A stretch of DNA of 59,955 nucleotides, the filler included, from an uncultured Clostridia bacterium (GTDB lineage: Bacteria; Aerophobota; Aerophobia; Aerophobales; B3-G15): NCBI GenBank assembly GCA_964482715.1. It is 2 parts of 2 records of this genome, joined end to end, with 100 filler letters (N's around TTAATTAATTAA, not from the genome) between each part and the next. Parts side by side here need not be neighbours in the genome. Positions count along the whole stretch, not along the records: positions 30,175 to 59,955 come from CAYZYX010000024.1; 1 more part is not named here. One strand, given 5' to 3'. The translations under genes were made by a program, and so were the position numbers. Positions 58,548 to 59,955 of this stretch are shown here, piece by piece. The notes beneath the pieces were generated by a model. It had not been told where the DNA came from, ran no database searches, and was given only the letters and a program-made list of their open reading frames with translations. The number at the start of each line of letters is the position of its first letter. Positions within the stretch are counted from its first letter, which is position 1.

Positions 58548-59843
58548 TCAGGCGACGTAAATTGCCAGCTTGTTGGCATTCTCAAAAAGGAGTATTTGGT
58601 TAGCCTTCCGTTTTAGCCAGTGATTGATTATTCTTTGAGGATCAGGGGTAGGATAAAGGTGAATTTTTCTTATCACTTCTTCTTCCAGTTCTGAGTAAAG
58701 CCATATTTTATTTACTCTATCAATTACTTCTGCCATCTTGTAGGCTTTTTGTTTGAAGAGTCTGTAATTTTTTTTGATTTCCGGCGCCAGCTTACCCCGG
58801 GGTTTATTGATTAGAAGCGAATCGTAAAAGAACTTTTTTGCCTTTTCACTGGGAGCAAGTCCCCTGTAACCTCCATGACAGGAGGCTATAAGTAAGACCT
58901 CGCCACCGTCCCTAATAGCATTTTTGACAAGATCCAGACCTCTTTGAGCAGTATAAAGAGTTTCATCTTCTGGATGTCCTCCTGGACAGACAATCACAAA
59001 ATCCGAAGGTTGAATCCGAAAACTGGTTGTTTGGTCGATAACTTTTATACCTTCAGTTGTGACCCTGTTAATTTCACCGAAAGCAGCCCAGATTAGGTCT
59101 TTACTACCAATGGTGCCAAGCACACAAATGGGTTTCCCTCGCGTTATGAGATTCATAGCTTCAATCATGTCCTCAGAGACAGAATTTTGTCTTCGTGCAG
59201 GGTCCGGGTGCCATGGATGTTGTCCGAAGGTGGCGTTCTCCTCAAGTGCCAGCTTATGATTTTGCTCTATGGTTTCAAAAGAACAGACTCCTGGAAGAAA
59301 ATTTTTAACCGCATTGCAGTATCCGGCAAAGTAATGGTTTTTCATGTTAGCTATTATGAAAAATACCTCTGCTTCCTGAGTAAATCTTTCCGCTACAACC
59401 CTTGTTCCCCGACTGGTTGTTCCAACTTCTATTAACTGCTTATCCTCACAATCATGAATAATAACATTGTATCTCAAATGGTAAGCTTCGGAACTTTTTC
59501 TTATATAACCCGCTATCTTAAGGTTTTCCTGAGTCTGTGGTTCATGGGAACCGGTAGTGATAATAAACTGGACAAAGTCAGCCTCCTTTAGCCTTTTGCA
59601 AGAAATTTCGATTTCCTGTGCATGTGGTTGACCTCTTGTTCCATCTTCGATTAGAGCGCACACTTTTTTCCCTTTTACCAAATCTTCAAGCTTCCGAGTG
59701 CCCAAAGGGTTATTCATAGCTTCTTCCAGTAGTTTTTTATTTTCCCCGGAGGAAGAGGAGACTTTGGGTTTTATAATCTGGACTTTGTCCTCTGGAATAG
59801 TGAGAATAATAGATTTTTTTCCATAAGGAAGGTTTATTTTCAT
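58548..59843 (-). CDS. LarA (lactate racemase) superfamily protein
   Basis: LPYG, NPLG, EDGTR, TGSH, GTTSRGT, HYFAGY...KNFLPG, QNH and PGGHP..LY. Confidence 0.85.
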   Translation of the reverse strand: MKINLPYGKKSIILTIPEDKVQIIKPKVSSSSGENKKLLEEAMNNPLGTRKLEDLVKGKKVCALIEDGTRGQPHAQEIEISCKRLKEADFVQFIITTGSHEPQTQENLKIAGYIRKSSEAYHLRYNVIIHDCEDKQLIEVGTTSRGTRVVAERFTQEAEVFFIIANMKNHYFAGYCNAVKNFLPGVCSFETIEQNHKLALEENATFGQHPWHPDPARRQNSVSEDMIEAMNLITRGKPICVLGTIGSKDLIWAAFGEINRVTTEGIKVIDQTTSFRIQPSDFVIVCPGGHPEDETLYTAQRGLDLVKNAIRDGGEVLLIASCHGGYRGLAPSEKAKKFFYDSLLINKPRGKLAPEIKKNYRLFKQKAYKMAEVIDRVNKIWLYSELEEEVIRKIHLYPTPDPQRIINHWLKRKANQILLFENANKLAIYVA

Positions 59844-59955
59844 TGTGCCCCCTTTTTGAAATAATCATAGTTTCATTTATGAATAGGTCAAGGGGTGAAA
59901 AAGATGCCCTGGCAAAGGTTTTATCTCACTTAAAAGTTGGGTGCAGCTCGGCCTC

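Noticed and set aside
1-59955. Numerous short antisense/overlapping ORFs; CRISPR, tRNA, rRNA or transposase genes
   Set aside because: The short ORFs lie opposite or within well-supported genes and carry no motifs. No regularly spaced repeats, cloverleafs, rRNA-like tracts or transposase motifs were seen by eye.

Overview
About 60 kb of chromosomal DNA (roughly 40% GC by eye) from what looks like an anaerobic, sugar-fermenting bacterium. The sigma70-type promoters and Shine-Dalgarno sites are bacterial. Several genes look archaeal-type, which fits an uncultured sediment lineage such as Aerophobota, but I cannot confirm taxonomy from sequence alone. The window is two contigs joined by an artificial N44-TTAATTAATTAA-N44 linker at 30075-30174, so adjacency across that point means nothing. 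Left contig: ald, a class III aminotransferase, LacI, an FGGY kinase and a Zn-dehydrogenase; an archaeal-type family B DNA polymerase; a giant acyl-CoA dehydratase-activase fusion with flavodoxin-like and TPR genes; a long minus-strand run (glmU N-domain only, glpK, leuA, pheS, divergent ftsZ, fumarase beta, rph, RdgB-CoaE fusion, polX, Gfo/Idh/MocA, deoC, pfkB); and partial glmS. Right contig: a GntR-led operon (E1alpha, E1beta, form IV RuBisCO-like protein, FGGY kinase) divergent from a GpsA-like dehydrogenase, a K+ channel, a stand-alone ATP-dependent ligase adenylation domain and an unknown partner gene; sorbitol-6-P dehydrogenase, EamA, a class I aldolase, hisF-carA-carB(N-half)-mnmG, an HD protein and a PAS-GGDEF protein; a GAF-ANTAR gene and an FMN glutamate-synthase-like gene, each preceded by an ANTAR hairpin/terminator leader; a geranylgeranyl reductase, malic enzyme and a LarA-family protein. 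No rRNA, tRNA, CRISPR array or transposase was seen. The best leads are the RLP/E1/kinase catabolic operon, the OB-less ligase with its partner, the archaeal-type PolB, the three-hairpin ANTAR attenuator, and two families of intergenic repeats.
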